A DNA stretch of 25,122 bases from a virus (IMGVR_UViG_3300028366_000011:1-25122), one strand, 5' to 3'. Shown: positions 8,223-17,965, counted from the first letter of the stretch. Made by a program: numbers and translations. Notes: generated by a model not told the origin, from the letters alone.

Positions 8223-8849
8223 TTACAGGTCGCGTCTCGTGGAATTGACCATCTTGCAGGTATGGCAGCGGCCACACTCGCGAAAGCCGTAGCGGCCAGT
8301 GATTGACGACCTGGGATTGCGGCACGTCCAGCACATATCGACCAGGTCGGGCGCGAGGTATTGCATGGTTTGCAATTTCGTCGGCCAAGGAATCGTTTTC
8401 AGCTGCGGCGGTTTCTCGGGCCAGCATCCGGCCTGCATGGCTGACCTCAAGCAATGGGCCCGGTTCTTCATCTTCTGGTACGGGCTGTCGAGATCTTCAA
8501 GGCACTCGCCAAAGTACCATTCTGTCGGCATGACGCCCATTGTGTTCTTGAAATTGACCGCGGCGATTCCGGCTTCGAAAGAGACGGTCATCACGTCGAA
8601 CCCGAAAAAACCTGTCATGCCGGTTCGGTCGATGTTGGATTCGCTGTAGAAAAACGTGCGATAATTGGCTTTGCAATAGTCGATGATGGCTTGGCAGGCT
8701 TTGGTTTCGGCCTCGCCCCTGCGATCCGGGTTTGCCAAGTGAATGTGATGCACGCAGATGACGCCGTCAGTTTCCGTCAGGAACTTCTTGAGGACGTATG
8801 TGCTATCCAGACCCCCGGAAAACATGAGAAGACGGCACGCGAGCTGCAT
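8223..8849 (-). CDS. QueC-like PP-loop ATPase (7-cyano-7-deazaguanine synthase family), 208 aa
   Basis: N-terminal LLMFSGGLDST PP-loop and C-terminal WTC...CGRCHTC Zn-binding cluster. TGATG overlap with the upstream gene. Confidence 0.8.
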   Translation of the reverse strand: MQLACRLLMFSGGLDSTYVLKKFLTETDGVICVHHIHLANPDRRGEAETKACQAIIDYCKANYRTFFYSESNIDRTGMTGFFGFDVMTVSFEAGIAAVNFKNTMGVMPTEWYFGECLEDLDSPYQKMKNRAHCLRSAMQAGCWPEKPPQLKTIPWPTKLQTMQYLAPDLVDMCWTCRNPRSSITGRYGFRECGRCHTCKMVNSTRRDL

Positions 8850-9373
8850 CAGGATGAAACCGGCCAGTAGCTGTCATCGGTGTAATCTTGCGGTATCGGG
8901 TTGGCGTCCTTGAGATCCCACATTGCGCTGTAAAGCGCCTGCGCTGCCATGCGCGCACCCGAGACCAGTTCCAGCATCTGCGTCGGCGTCAGCATGTGCG
9001 TGACATTGTCCCGGTCGCGAAAGGGCAGGACAGCGGCCGTTATGCCGGCTTCCTGCAATTCCTTCGCGCTGTCCCGCAGGTTGGGGAATATGGCCATGTC
9101 CCGATCGCGGCCCTGCACCGGAATGTCGCCAATACCCGTTACGGCAATTCCCGTACCCATGCGCAAGCGTCGCTCAATCTCTGCATCCACATGGTCGGGC
9201 ATCACCGGCACTACGCGGTCGAAAAGCGCCCCACCGGACACTTCAAACGCTTCCAGAGGGGTGATCGGCGTGTCGTCGGGTACGTTGATGTAATCACCCG
9301 GCGGCGGCGCGTCCGGGTCGCCGTCGACTGTGAACAGAACATTCCCGTTGTCCGAGGCATAGTAAATCAGCAT
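8849..9373 (-). CDS. Tail fibre-associated protein (DUF4376-like / fibre assembly), 174 aa
   Basis: Directly follows the tail fibre. FRDRDNVTHMLTPTQMLEL and the C-terminus LKDANPIPQDYTDDSYWP resemble this family. Confidence 0.65.
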   Translation of the reverse strand: MLIYYASDNGNVLFTVDGDPDAPPPGDYINVPDDTPITPLEAFEVSGGALFDRVVPVMPDHVDAEIERRLRMGTGIAVTGIGDIPVQGRDRDMAIFPNLRDSAKELQEAGITAAVLPFRDRDNVTHMLTPTQMLELVSGARMAAQALYSAMWDLKDANPIPQDYTDDSYWPVSS

Positions 9374-9375
9374 GG

Positions 9376-12300
9376 TCAGGGCCCCATTTTGAAGAACAAA
9401 AACCTGATTGTTTTGGAAATTCCAGCCGGGATAATGACGTCAGGCGTCTTTGCGGAAACCAAAGAGATATAATCGCTGGTTGTGGCTATCACTTCGCCGC
9501 CAGACTCATCAAGTTCAATTTTCCCCATGTTCAAAGAGGTTCCATCCAATGTGTGAAACACCCAGAAGCCAGCGCCATAATCCGGAAACGGACCGTGGCT
9601 GCTGGCGGAGCCTTTCTGTGTTGCCAAAAGCGGGATGACATCAGCGGGGATGTCCTCGCTGTTGCTCTCTGCAACTTGGACCCGACCAGGCGAGCCACCC
9701 CCTCCCGATGCGGATCCGCTGGCACCAAGCCCGGCAGCGCCAATATCCGTAATTTCCAACGTGGGCGCAGACATGCCTGAAATATCGTAGCCAACAATGG
9801 AAACGAGTGGGCTTGATTGACCGCCCAAGCCGCCGCCGTCTTGCGGTTGACTTGCGCCGCCGCCCCCGCCGCCTGCGCCGTATCCCGTTGCATTACCGCC
9901 GGACGTTTCATCGACTGGACGCGTTGCGAGCCTAGTGTCACCCTCGCCGCCGGCATTTTGATCATACGTCTCGTAGGACAAATTGGCACCGGCCGCGCCG
10001 CCGGTGCCCCACGGGCTCGACTCTCCGCGCGTTGCGGGGGCACGATTCCGCACGGATTCAACCTCCGGCTGCCCGCCCACTGCGGTCCAGGTTTCAATCA
10101 CCGTCGCGCCATCTTTCAGCACGACAACAGTGTCACCGCCGGCTGTGCCCTGCCCGTCGAGGTCGCCGGCGTTGCCGCCCGCGCCACCGCCGACCAGAAA
10201 GATATCGACCCGGCTGTAACCGGTCAGGTCTACAGTTTGCGGATCGGTGTAGAGCAGGGGATTGAGCGGCACGGACAGGGTGCGGTAATGGTTGGCGTTG
10301 AACAGCCGCACTCCGTTGCGCCGGGTCGCTTCTATGGATTGGCGAAGCCCTGTGATATCATCGGTCTTGGAAAACGCCAAACCGAACCCGATGGAGCCAT
10401 CCAATTCGTTTGTGCGGCCCATGTAGATGCCATCGCTGTTAACATCATAAGCACTTGTTTTGTCGATGGAAAATCCGGCACTACCAGAGTCGAGAAACAG
10501 AAGGTCGTCAATTTTCATCTGGCTGGCGCGAATGAAACCGCCGGTGATCCAATCGGCGTTTAAGCGGCCTTCAATGTTCACCTGCGTCACGTCGATGCGC
10601 AGCGCAGAAGTCGGCCCGTTTATCGGGTCATCAGCGGCGACAAGTTCCAGCACGCCCTCGGCGGCCCCGGCCAACGCGCGCAGCGTGTATGTCGCTCCGG
10701 CGAAACTCTCGATAGTTGCAACTGCGTTGGCGGTCTGCGTCACCGAGGCGTCGGTTGTGGCGAGGTTGGCGGAAACCGTCGAGATATCGGATGCGAGCGC
10801 GCTGTCCGCGTTTGACCGGGCGATCTGCTCGCCGGCGATCTCCGCCTCTGCGCTTCCGACGCGCGTCGTCAGTGACGTGATGTCCGTGGCCAAAGCACTG
10901 TCTGCTGATGCTCGCGCTGATTGCTCGGACGTGATGTCCGCTTCGGCCCCATCTACTCGCGTGGTGAGCGCAGTTATATCGGACGCCAAAGCATCGTCCG
11001 CATTGGAACTCACAATGCTTTCGCTGATGATGCTTGATTCGGCGGTGTCGACTCGCGTGGTGAGCGCGCTGAGGTCTATTGCGATCGCACTATCCGCATC
11101 GGTTCGGGCGGTCTGCTCACTGGTGATGTCGCTTTCCGCATCACCCACCCGAGTCGTCAGCGTGCTGATATCAACCGCCAGAGCGTTATCTGCATCAGAC
11201 CGGGCGATCTGCTCGCCGGCGATCTCCGCCTCTGCGCTTCCGACGCGCGTCGTCAGTGTGTTCAGGCTGGTGGTGAGCGCGCTGTCAGCGTTCGCACGCG
11301 TCGCCTGCTCGCTTGTCAGGTTTGCGGAGACCGTATCAATGTTCGATTGCAAGGTCGCCTGAGCGGCGCTGATTGCCTGCGTCGTGTCGGCCGAGGTAAA
11401 GTAATCTTCCGTCAGCGTCGCGTTCAGCGTGCCGATCTGGCTCTCAAGGCTGGACTGGAGCGCGGTGGTCGCGGTGGAGATCGCCTGATCGGTTTCCGCG
11501 ATCGTCAGATAGTTTTGCTCCAGAGTTGCAGCGACCTCCCGGCTATCGGTCACCTCCAGCAGGGCTAGTTCATCCAGTTCGACAATAGAATCAGGCCCCT
11601 GCTGATTGCCAAGAGATATTTGGGGATAGGCTTTGAACGCGCCCGCTGGAAACGGATTGTCTGTCCCGATGCCGCTCATTATTGAAACCGACACCCACGC
11701 GCCATTGTTCTGGACGGGGGTGTTGTTAACTCCGAGCCCGAAGCCGGCGGGAAAGTAGTCGGAAATGTAGTCGCCGTTCACGTCCTCAAAGCGGATGACA
11801 AAGAAGATCTCGCTTGGGACAGTTCCCACCACGCGAAAACGGGCCTTAACGCGATATGCGCGGGCTGTGTCGATGACGGTTTTCCGGCTGTCGACCGGCG
11901 CCAGGAAGTTGGTGCTGTTGAGGACGCCCACCTGGCGGAACGCCTGCCCGCCAATGAACTCCGGGCCGGTCACAATGCTGTAGCTGCCCTGGTCGATTGC
12001 CTTGCCCCGCCAGCCAGTAATCCCCTGCGAGAAATCGAAGTTGGGAAACGTCTCGGCGACCTCGGAGATATCGGTCTGCAGCGAGGCTTCAAGGCTGGTC
12101 GTTGCGGCGCTGATTGCGGTGTTTGTCTCGGTCTTCGTGAAAAAGTCCGCGTCTAGCCGGGCGCTCAAGGTCTGAACTGTCTCGGACCCATCACCGGCTG
12201 CGATAATGTTGTTGATCTCCGTCTGCAGAGAACTTTCGAGCGTTGTGACCGCGCTGCTGATTGCGCTGTCGGACTGAACGATCGTGTAATAGTTGTTCGT

Positions 12301-12807
12301 CAGGTCGGCGCTGACGCCATTGATCTGGGATTGAAGCCCGGTTTCTGCGGTGTCGATCTGCGCAGTCGCGTCGTTACGCGCGGCGGTGATCGCCGCTTCC
12401 AGATCGGGCAGCGTCCCGGTGTAAGCGCCGGTCAGCGTGTCGATCTCGCCCTGTGCGACGTTGACCGCATCCAGCGCGTCGTTACGCGCATCGGTGATGG
12501 CCTGATCCAGATCCGGCAGGGTGGCGCGCGCGTCGGCGGTCAGGTTGCCGATGAAAGTGGTCGTGCTGTCAATCGTCTGGTTGATCTGCTGCACGCTCGG
12601 GCTGGTGTTGGCGATATAGTCTTCGAGCGCGGACTCGTCTATTGCGCCAGCCGATCCGCCGCCGGTACTGACGCCGCCATCGGTGAAACTCTGCGCGACG
12701 CGCCGGGTAATCTGGTCGATCTCGTCCCAAAGCACCGCGCGCTGCCCGGTGTTACCGCGGCGGCCCGCGAGTGTTTCAAGGTCTCGTGTGTTGCGTCCCT
12801 TGAACAT
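9376..12807 (-). CDS. Tail fibre / receptor-binding protein, 1143 aa
   Basis: N-terminal anchor (LETLAGRRG), long helical S/T/A-rich repeats, an inserted beta-rich domain and a Gly-rich C-terminal region. Located after the tail-tube genes. Confidence 0.8.
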   Translation of the reverse strand: MFKGRNTRDLETLAGRRGNTGQRAVLWDEIDQITRRVAQSFTDGGVSTGGGSAGAIDESALEDYIANTSPSVQQINQTIDSTTTFIGNLTADARATLPDLDQAITDARNDALDAVNVAQGEIDTLTGAYTGTLPDLEAAITAARNDATAQIDTAETGLQSQINGVSADLTNNYYTIVQSDSAISSAVTTLESSLQTEINNIIAAGDGSETVQTLSARLDADFFTKTETNTAISAATTSLEASLQTDISEVAETFPNFDFSQGITGWRGKAIDQGSYSIVTGPEFIGGQAFRQVGVLNSTNFLAPVDSRKTVIDTARAYRVKARFRVVGTVPSEIFFVIRFEDVNGDYISDYFPAGFGLGVNNTPVQNNGAWVSVSIMSGIGTDNPFPAGAFKAYPQISLGNQQGPDSIVELDELALLEVTDSREVAATLEQNYLTIAETDQAISTATTALQSSLESQIGTLNATLTEDYFTSADTTQAISAAQATLQSNIDTVSANLTSEQATRANADSALTTSLNTLTTRVGSAEAEIAGEQIARSDADNALAVDISTLTTRVGDAESDITSEQTARTDADSAIAIDLSALTTRVDTAESSIISESIVSSNADDALASDITALTTRVDGAEADITSEQSARASADSALATDITSLTTRVGSAEAEIAGEQIARSNADSALASDISTVSANLATTDASVTQTANAVATIESFAGATYTLRALAGAAEGVLELVAADDPINGPTSALRIDVTQVNIEGRLNADWITGGFIRASQMKIDDLLFLDSGSAGFSIDKTSAYDVNSDGIYMGRTNELDGSIGFGLAFSKTDDITGLRQSIEATRRNGVRLFNANHYRTLSVPLNPLLYTDPQTVDLTGYSRVDIFLVGGGAGGNAGDLDGQGTAGGDTVVVLKDGATVIETWTAVGGQPEVESVRNRAPATRGESSPWGTGGAAGANLSYETYDQNAGGEGDTRLATRPVDETSGGNATGYGAGGGGGGASQPQDGGGLGGQSSPLVSIVGYDISGMSAPTLEITDIGAAGLGASGSASGGGGSPGRVQVAESNSEDIPADVIPLLATQKGSASSHGPFPDYGAGFWVFHTLDGTSLNMGKIELDESGGEVIATTSDYISLVSAKTPDVIIPAGISKTIRFLFFKMGP
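10762..11316 (-). repeat. Tandem 96-bp (32-aa) coding repeats in tail fibre, about 5.7 copies
   Basis: Unit similar to xSEQxARxxADxALAxDIxxLTTRVxxAExxI. Includes an exact 61-bp direct repeat at 10814-10874 and 11198-11258 (offset 384 = 4 x 96). Confidence 0.9.
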
Positions 12808-12810
12808 GCG

Positions 12811-14400
12811 TCAGCCCCATATCTCTTCGATTTCACCGGCCAGCGTAATCCGGCTGATCTCGACCTTGCCTTTCACGCGCACCGACCACCGGCGCCCCAG
12901 CCCGTCCTTGAGCCGGCAGGGCTCATTGAGGCGCGTCACGGTCGTATGCATCTCGCCATCGCGGTAGACGGTCGCCTCGAAGGATGACGGGTCGTCCAGC
13001 GCGTCACCTTCCACCAAGAGCACCCCGAAGCTCGTCAGGGTCGGCAGGTGAAACTGCGACGATTGCCAATCGGCCGCGATGTAGCCGGCTTGGCTGCTGG
13101 CGAACTCCTGGATGATCGCGGACCCGTCGATGAAATGCAGGTTGCCGGTATAGACGTCAAAGCGCAGCTTTTCCGCGCCGTTGGACGTGCGAATGTAGCT
13201 CGGCTGGTCCGCGCTTAAGGCGATCATCGCCGTCTGTCGTCCGCCGCCGTCGCCCGGGTCAAAGCTGAACACGTAGGATCCATCGCGTCGCCCGGCGCTG
13301 AACGTCTCGGGCCGGAATTCGCGCCATTGGTCGCGCTCGAACAGGCCGCGGGTGATGTTCTGCGCGCCGCCCGACTGCGACAAGGTGATCAGCCCGTCCG
13401 TGCTGGGATAGGCTGCCGCATAGCCAAGATCGACAATGCCATCCTTGGACACGCATGGCGCGCTCTGCTCGATCTTTTCCATGATCAGGTTCTCGGGCGC
13501 GGTGCCTTGGACGACATAGGGCTCGCCCGTCGTCAGGACGGCCAGCATTGAGCCGAACGCGGCCAAGCCGACGATCGGGTTTTCGCTGATCAACTCGTAA
13601 CTCAGCGGCCACGCATGCGGCCTGTACGGCTCGCAGAAATAGAGCGATTTGCCGGCGAACGCGGCTATCATCCCCGATTGCATGCCTGTGATGCCGCGGA
13701 GATCGTCGACCGGCGGGTCGTAATTGGCGCTCGCGAGCAATTCTTGCAGAGGATCGGTGTCGAGGTCGTTCACATAGAGGTTGGTCGCGGCCTCGAGTTC
13801 CTTCACGAAAAAGAACTCGGTCGCGCCCAGCGCGGTCGTTTGGCTGCGGTAGATGCGCACGCGATTGATCCGGCTCCCACTCGGCGGCTGGTCGATCAGG
13901 CTGATCTCGACCGTGCTGCCATCGGGCACGGCAAGCGGCGTGCTGGGCGGGCTCGGAATGCTCTCTTCGTCGAGGCTCGAGACCCACGTATAGACGAACA
14001 GCACTTCGGACTCTTGCGTCGCGCCGGAATCGGTGGCGATGGACGTGATCGGCGGCGCGGGCGGGGTTGGCAAAGCAAGCGGATACTCGGCCCCGCCATC
14101 ACTCATGACCTTGACGATCGGGACGTCGTTCTCGCGCGTGATGTAAAGCCGGTCATCGGCCACCGGCCCCGGCACCACGTCGACATTCTTGTCGAAGGTC
14201 AGCCATGTCGCGCCGTTATGCAGGTAGAAATCCACCGGCGGCGTCGCCCCGGCGTCATGCAGCGCCAGATCGTCATGCAGCGCCTTGATGGTGCCGCGCT
14301 CGTGGTTGGTGTCTAGCGCGACCTGTGCGGCGCCCTCGGGCAACAGCGTCTTGTAGAGCCGCGGGTATTCGCCTTGGAAGGTGTTGAGGCGCATGCGCAT
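12811..14400 (-). CDS. Probable tail tube/nozzle (stabilisation) protein, 529 aa
   Basis: Beta-rich. Segments RIYRS, LYFCEPYRPHAWP and YPSTDGL are typical of podovirus nozzle-like proteins. GGAG RBS. Position supports the call. Confidence 0.65.
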   Translation of the reverse strand: MRMRLNTFQGEYPRLYKTLLPEGAAQVALDTNHERGTIKALHDDLALHDAGATPPVDFYLHNGATWLTFDKNVDVVPGPVADDRLYITRENDVPIVKVMSDGGAEYPLALPTPPAPPITSIATDSGATQESEVLFVYTWVSSLDEESIPSPPSTPLAVPDGSTVEISLIDQPPSGSRINRVRIYRSQTTALGATEFFFVKELEAATNLYVNDLDTDPLQELLASANYDPPVDDLRGITGMQSGMIAAFAGKSLYFCEPYRPHAWPLSYELISENPIVGLAAFGSMLAVLTTGEPYVVQGTAPENLIMEKIEQSAPCVSKDGIVDLGYAAAYPSTDGLITLSQSGGAQNITRGLFERDQWREFRPETFSAGRRDGSYVFSFDPGDGGGRQTAMIALSADQPSYIRTSNGAEKLRFDVYTGNLHFIDGSAIIQEFASSQAGYIAADWQSSQFHLPTLTSFGVLLVEGDALDDPSSFEATVYRDGEMHTTVTRLNEPCRLKDGLGRRWSVRVKGKVEISRITLAGEIEEIWG

Positions 14401-14411
14401 GGTTCACTCCC

Positions 14412-15074
14412 TCAGAAGAACGCCGCGCGCGAACGCGGCCGGGCGCGGTGCTGCCCGCGCACGCGAGCGCCGTTGGCATTGTCGACGCCCTGGTCGAAGC
14501 GCCGGCCATGCAGCATGGCAAGATCCGGGTTGGTGAACGGCTGCTGCGGCATGACGAGAAGGCGCGCAATGGCGCCGGCGGCGATGGTTTCCGAATAGCG
14601 CGAGTGCAGGAACGCCGGCACGCTGTCATAGGCGTTCTGCAGAAACCCGTCCGCGCCGATCTGCATGTCGTCACCGTGGCGCGGCTTGAGGATCAGCGAA
14701 ACCTTCAATGTCCCGGCCTCGAAGGGCACGATCGACACTTGGTTGAACATCTCCTGCGTGATCATGGCCGGCGTGGTGCCGGCGCTGGTGTCGATGTCCT
14801 CGAACGGCACATCGTCAAACTGCACGGGCGTCAGGCGCATATCGTTGAACTCGGCGCGCTCGATCTCATGGATCTCGGACTCATCCGGCGCGACAATGGC
14901 CTGACCCTGTTCGGTCAGGTCGATCTCGGCCCGGTGGCGCCAGCATCGCGTGCGCTCGCAGAACTCGATCGCTGATTGCCGCAACGCTTGCAGCATCTGT
15001 TGGGAGGCGGCACCCGGAGCGTGCGGGTTCACCAGATGCAGGAAGGTGGTCAGGTTGGTCATGGGGGTTGCCAT
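14412..15074 (-). CDS. Probable head-tail adaptor / tail tubular protein, 220 aa
   Basis: AIEFCERTRCWR and IAAGAIARLLVMPQQPFTNPDLA. GGAGG RBS. Position supports the call. Confidence 0.6.
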   Translation of the reverse strand: MATPMTNLTTFLHLVNPHAPGAASQQMLQALRQSAIEFCERTRCWRHRAEIDLTEQGQAIVAPDESEIHEIERAEFNDMRLTPVQFDDVPFEDIDTSAGTTPAMITQEMFNQVSIVPFEAGTLKVSLILKPRHGDDMQIGADGFLQNAYDSVPAFLHSRYSETIAAGAIARLLVMPQQPFTNPDLAMLHGRRFDQGVDNANGARVRGQHRARPRSRAAFF

Positions 15075-15095
15075 GGCGGGGCCTCCTGTCTGGTG

Positions 15096-15788
15096 TCAGG
15101 TCGTGTCGGGTGTCGCCACGGCCTCGATCTGGCGCCGCGCGCCGAGTTTGGTCATGAAGGACTGGTAATATGCCATTGCGCGCTGGCTGGAGCCCGCAAG
15201 CTGCATGTCCTTGGCGAAGGCTTGGTAGAGGATGAAGTCGATAAGCACGCTCTTGTAGACCGGGTTCAGGTCGATCTCGTCGGTGTAGCTGGCAAGGTCG
15301 GTCGGGTCGCCCGGGATGGTGATCAGCGTCGGCGTGACCGCAACCATGGCCTCCATGCGCCCGGTGCCGTCATTGCCCGGGAACACGTAGAAGTCGGTCG
15401 GATTCATCGGGTCGGTGATGACGTGCTGCACCAGCGACGTGCGCGGGTAGGTGGCGGCGGCGTGCCAGCCGGGGATTTGGTTGTCCAAGGCGTCGCGCTC
15501 GATCGGTGTGATGGCCGGGCCGGCGGCGCGCGGCGCCTCTGCCGCGCTGGTGATGTTGCAAACGGCGCGCAGGAACTGCGCCTGATCGGCCTCGAGCTTC
15601 TGCAAAGTGCCGGGCTGCAGGTTGAGGATGACCGTCTCCGCGCAGGCGGATGGCTTGACCAGGCAGATTTCCAAGAGCGCGTCATTGAGCGCGGTGGCCA
15701 GTTCGAGAATCGGCCACCGCACGGCGTCGGGGTCTTGCAGAAAGGTCTGCGCGCGCTCGAGCACGTCCTTTGCGATCAGGGCCGGCAT
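15096..15788 (-). CDS. Probable adaptor/neck protein (DUF6682-like), 230 aa
   Basis: LQDPDAVRWPILEL...LNDA, FYVFP and LIDFILYQAFAKD. Located downstream of the capsid genes. Confidence 0.65.
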   Translation of the reverse strand: MPALIAKDVLERAQTFLQDPDAVRWPILELATALNDALLEICLVKPSACAETVILNLQPGTLQKLEADQAQFLRAVCNITSAAEAPRAAGPAITPIERDALDNQIPGWHAAATYPRTSLVQHVITDPMNPTDFYVFPGNDGTGRMEAMVAVTPTLITIPGDPTDLASYTDEIDLNPVYKSVLIDFILYQAFAKDMQLAGSSQRAMAYYQSFMTKLGARRQIEAVATPDTT

Positions 15789-15799
15789 GGCGCCGTCCC

Positions 15800-16267
15800 T
15801 CAGTTGGCCCGCGCGGCGCGGGCCTCACGGATCTCGCGGATGATGCGGTCGCTCTTCATCTTGTGGTGCGGCTTCTGCATGAACTCGTCGCGGTATGCCT
15901 GTGCAAGCGAGCCCTCGTCGTAATCGTCGAGCCCGTCATCCTCGGGCGCTGTGTCCTGAACGTCGTCGCTTTCATCGTCCACGGATTCGATCCCATCGCC
16001 TTCGGGCGCGGTGTCGTCGGGCTGCGGTTCATCAACCGGCGTCGCCAGAAACGTGGTTTCGGCATCAGCCGCGACGGCGCGCATGGGGAATGAGCCATCA
16101 GCCGCGGCAAACCCCTCGGGGATGGACAGAAGGCGCTTCGCGTGCGCGTCGTTCTCGACGTCGCAGATATGCGGGCCGCCGGCCTCGCGCTCTTCGAAGA
16201 GGTATTCGGCGCCGTCAAGGCTGACGCGGGTACCGCCGACGCGCTCGATTTTCGAGATGATCAGCAT
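15800..16267 (-). CDS. Hypothetical acidic protein, 155 aa
   Basis: AGGAG RBS. Fills the gap in the operon. TGA immediately precedes the next RBS. Confidence 0.75.
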   Translation of the reverse strand: MLIISKIERVGGTRVSLDGAEYLFEEREAGGPHICDVENDAHAKRLLSIPEGFAAADGSFPMRAVAADAETTFLATPVDEPQPDDTAPEGDGIESVDDESDDVQDTAPEDDGLDDYDEGSLAQAYRDEFMQKPHHKMKSDRIIREIREARAARAN

Positions 16268-16290
16268 CTTGCTGGACTCCTGGAATGGGG

Positions 16291-16315
16291 AAAGGCCGCC
16301 CCGCGAGGGACGGCC
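16291..16315 (-). terminator. Weak intrinsic terminator after capsid gene pair
   Basis: GGCCGTCCC-TCGC-GGGGCGGCC followed by only TTT. Confidence 0.55.
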
Positions 16316-16330
16316 AGATCGCGTCCGAGA

Positions 16331-16771
16331 TCAGTGGACGTAATGAAGGACGACGGTCAGTTTCTTGCCGGAACCGACGGTCACATTGCCGCTCAGGGTC
16401 ACGCCCAGCCCGCGGTGGTCGTTGGTGCGCCCGACGGCGAGGCAGTCCAGTACGGTGGCAGGGGCCTCGTTGTCGTTGACGGACACGCCATCGAAGATCA
16501 GATCGGTGGTCAGCGCGCGGCCGGAATCGGTGGACCCCGCTTCGCCGTCGAGCACGCCAATATCTGCGGTGATGGCCCCGAGACCTTCGCCGATCAGCGT
16601 GGCGCCGACGATCTGGGCCCCGCCCGGCACGAAGCCGATTTCGAGCACGTCATCCGCGCTGGTGAAGTCGACAGGGAAGTCGTAGGTCAGAATGGCGGCG
16701 CAGACGAGGCCCGAGGAATAGCCCACGGGTTGATTGGCGCGACCATATGCGAAGTCGTTCTGTTTCAGCAT
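16331..16771 (-). CDS. Probable capsid decoration/cement protein, 146 aa
   Basis: Small beta-rich protein directly after the major capsid gene. AAAGGA RBS. Confidence 0.6.
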   Translation of the reverse strand: MLKQNDFAYGRANQPVGYSSGLVCAAILTYDFPVDFTSADDVLEIGFVPGGAQIVGATLIGEGLGAITADIGVLDGEAGSTDSGRALTTDLIFDGVSVNDNEAPATVLDCLAVGRTNDHRGLGVTLSGNVTVGSGKKLTVVLHYVH

Positions 16772-16810
16772 GGGTCTATCCTTTGTTTCAGGCTGACGTC
16801 AGGGGCGGCA

Positions 16811-16830
16811 CGGGCGCCCGGAGGCGCCCG
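16811..16830 (-). promoter_or_regulatory. GC-rich stem-loop after major capsid stop (no U tract)
   Basis: CGGGCGCC-TCCG-GGCGCCCG, a perfect 8-bp stem. Possible mRNA stabiliser. Confidence 0.5.
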
Positions 16831-16839
16831 CGTCGGTCT

Positions 16840-17934
16840 TTAGTTCTCGGGCTTGGCGTAGGTGTCGATCGCCATCACCCCGAAGTCGCGCCCGTTGAAC
16901 CGGGTCTTCTTCAGGCCGACAATCGTACCGGCGGCGATGCTCGGCGTGTTGTCGTAATCGTCGACCTCTTCCTTCCACATGTACCGCTGGCCTGCGGTCG
17001 TGCCGTAGGCGCAGACGGCCGCTTGGCGACCCATGAAAAGCCCACGTGCGGCGGGAAGGTCGCTGCCGGTCCCGTAGTCGTCGAAGCGGATCACGCGCTC
17101 GTGGCTGTGCAGGATCACGTTGTTGATCATCCCGAGACCACCCTTGAAGATCGGGTTGTTGCGACCCTCGGCCGCAGCGGCGGCCTTCTGGATCTCGAGC
17201 CAGCCCGACCCTTCCTCGGTGCGCATGTCCTGCTCTTGGTTGGGAGACATGACCGTGACGTAGCGATCCTCGCCCTCGACACTGACCGGCATCATGTTGG
17301 CGGTATCGGGGTCGGTGGCGCGCATCATGCGGGCCTTGGTGACGGCGCGCTCGATCAGCTTCCGGCTCATCTTGTCCGAATTGGTGATCGTCGCTTTCGA
17401 CACGGCCGAGCCGCCGTAAATCATGTGCTGCGCATCGGGTGTCTGCAGGGCGTTGCCTGCGTGGCCGGCATAGTCGGTGTCCTCGATGAACTCCTGGTTG
17501 ATGCCGCGGACGCCGGACAGATAGATGAACATCAGCTCGTCCATGTATTTCGACCAGTAATCGCCGAGACGGTTGCGGCCCGTGGTGCGCATGTCGTGCG
17601 CGGTGCGCTTGCGCGTCATCCGGCCACCGGCGGAGACCGAGTGCCGCAGCTGGTCGATGATGACCTCGTCGGTGTAGAACTTGAGGCTCTCTTCCTTGCC
17701 TTTCACGCGGTTGTCACCGCTGGTCGGCTTGCCGCGCAGCTGCACGGACAGGTCGAAGCTGATGCGCTCGCCCTGCTCGGTTTCGAGATCCGTCTTCTGT
17801 TCGATGACGTTGTTTTCGCCCTTGCCAATGAACTTCTTGGAAAAGTAGCTCTTTTTGACGGAGTCGACGGCGAGATTCGAGGACCATTTCTTCTGGGCCT
17901 TGACGTCGCCAAAGGGGATGATGGTTTGGGGCAT
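16840..17934 (-). CDS. Major capsid protein, N4-gp56 family-like, 364 aa
   Basis: GERISFDLSVQLRG, GKEESLKFYTDEVIIDQLRH, NPIFKGGLGMINNVILHSH and GLKKTRFN..DFGV. GAGGA RBS. Confidence 0.9.
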   Translation of the reverse strand: MPQTIIPFGDVKAQKKWSSNLAVDSVKKSYFSKKFIGKGENNVIEQKTDLETEQGERISFDLSVQLRGKPTSGDNRVKGKEESLKFYTDEVIIDQLRHSVSAGGRMTRKRTAHDMRTTGRNRLGDYWSKYMDELMFIYLSGVRGINQEFIEDTDYAGHAGNALQTPDAQHMIYGGSAVSKATITNSDKMSRKLIERAVTKARMMRATDPDTANMMPVSVEGEDRYVTVMSPNQEQDMRTEEGSGWLEIQKAAAAAEGRNNPIFKGGLGMINNVILHSHERVIRFDDYGTGSDLPAARGLFMGRQAAVCAYGTTAGQRYMWKEEVDDYDNTPSIAAGTIVGLKKTRFNGRDFGVMAIDTYAKPEN

Positions 17935-17965
17935 AACGATTCCTCATGCGGGTTTGAGACCTGCA

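Noticed and set aside
10814-11258. 61-bp direct repeat as DGR template/variable repeat or CRISPR
   Set aside because: The copies are identical and in frame within tandem coding repeats. There are no adenine-specific differences, no reverse transcriptase and no spacers.
17321-17331. Near-copies of the leader motif inside coding sequence (CGCATGATGCG here; CGCATGATGA near 18371-18380)
   Set aside because: They are explained by Arg-Met-Met codons and are not near a start codon, so they were not counted as sites.
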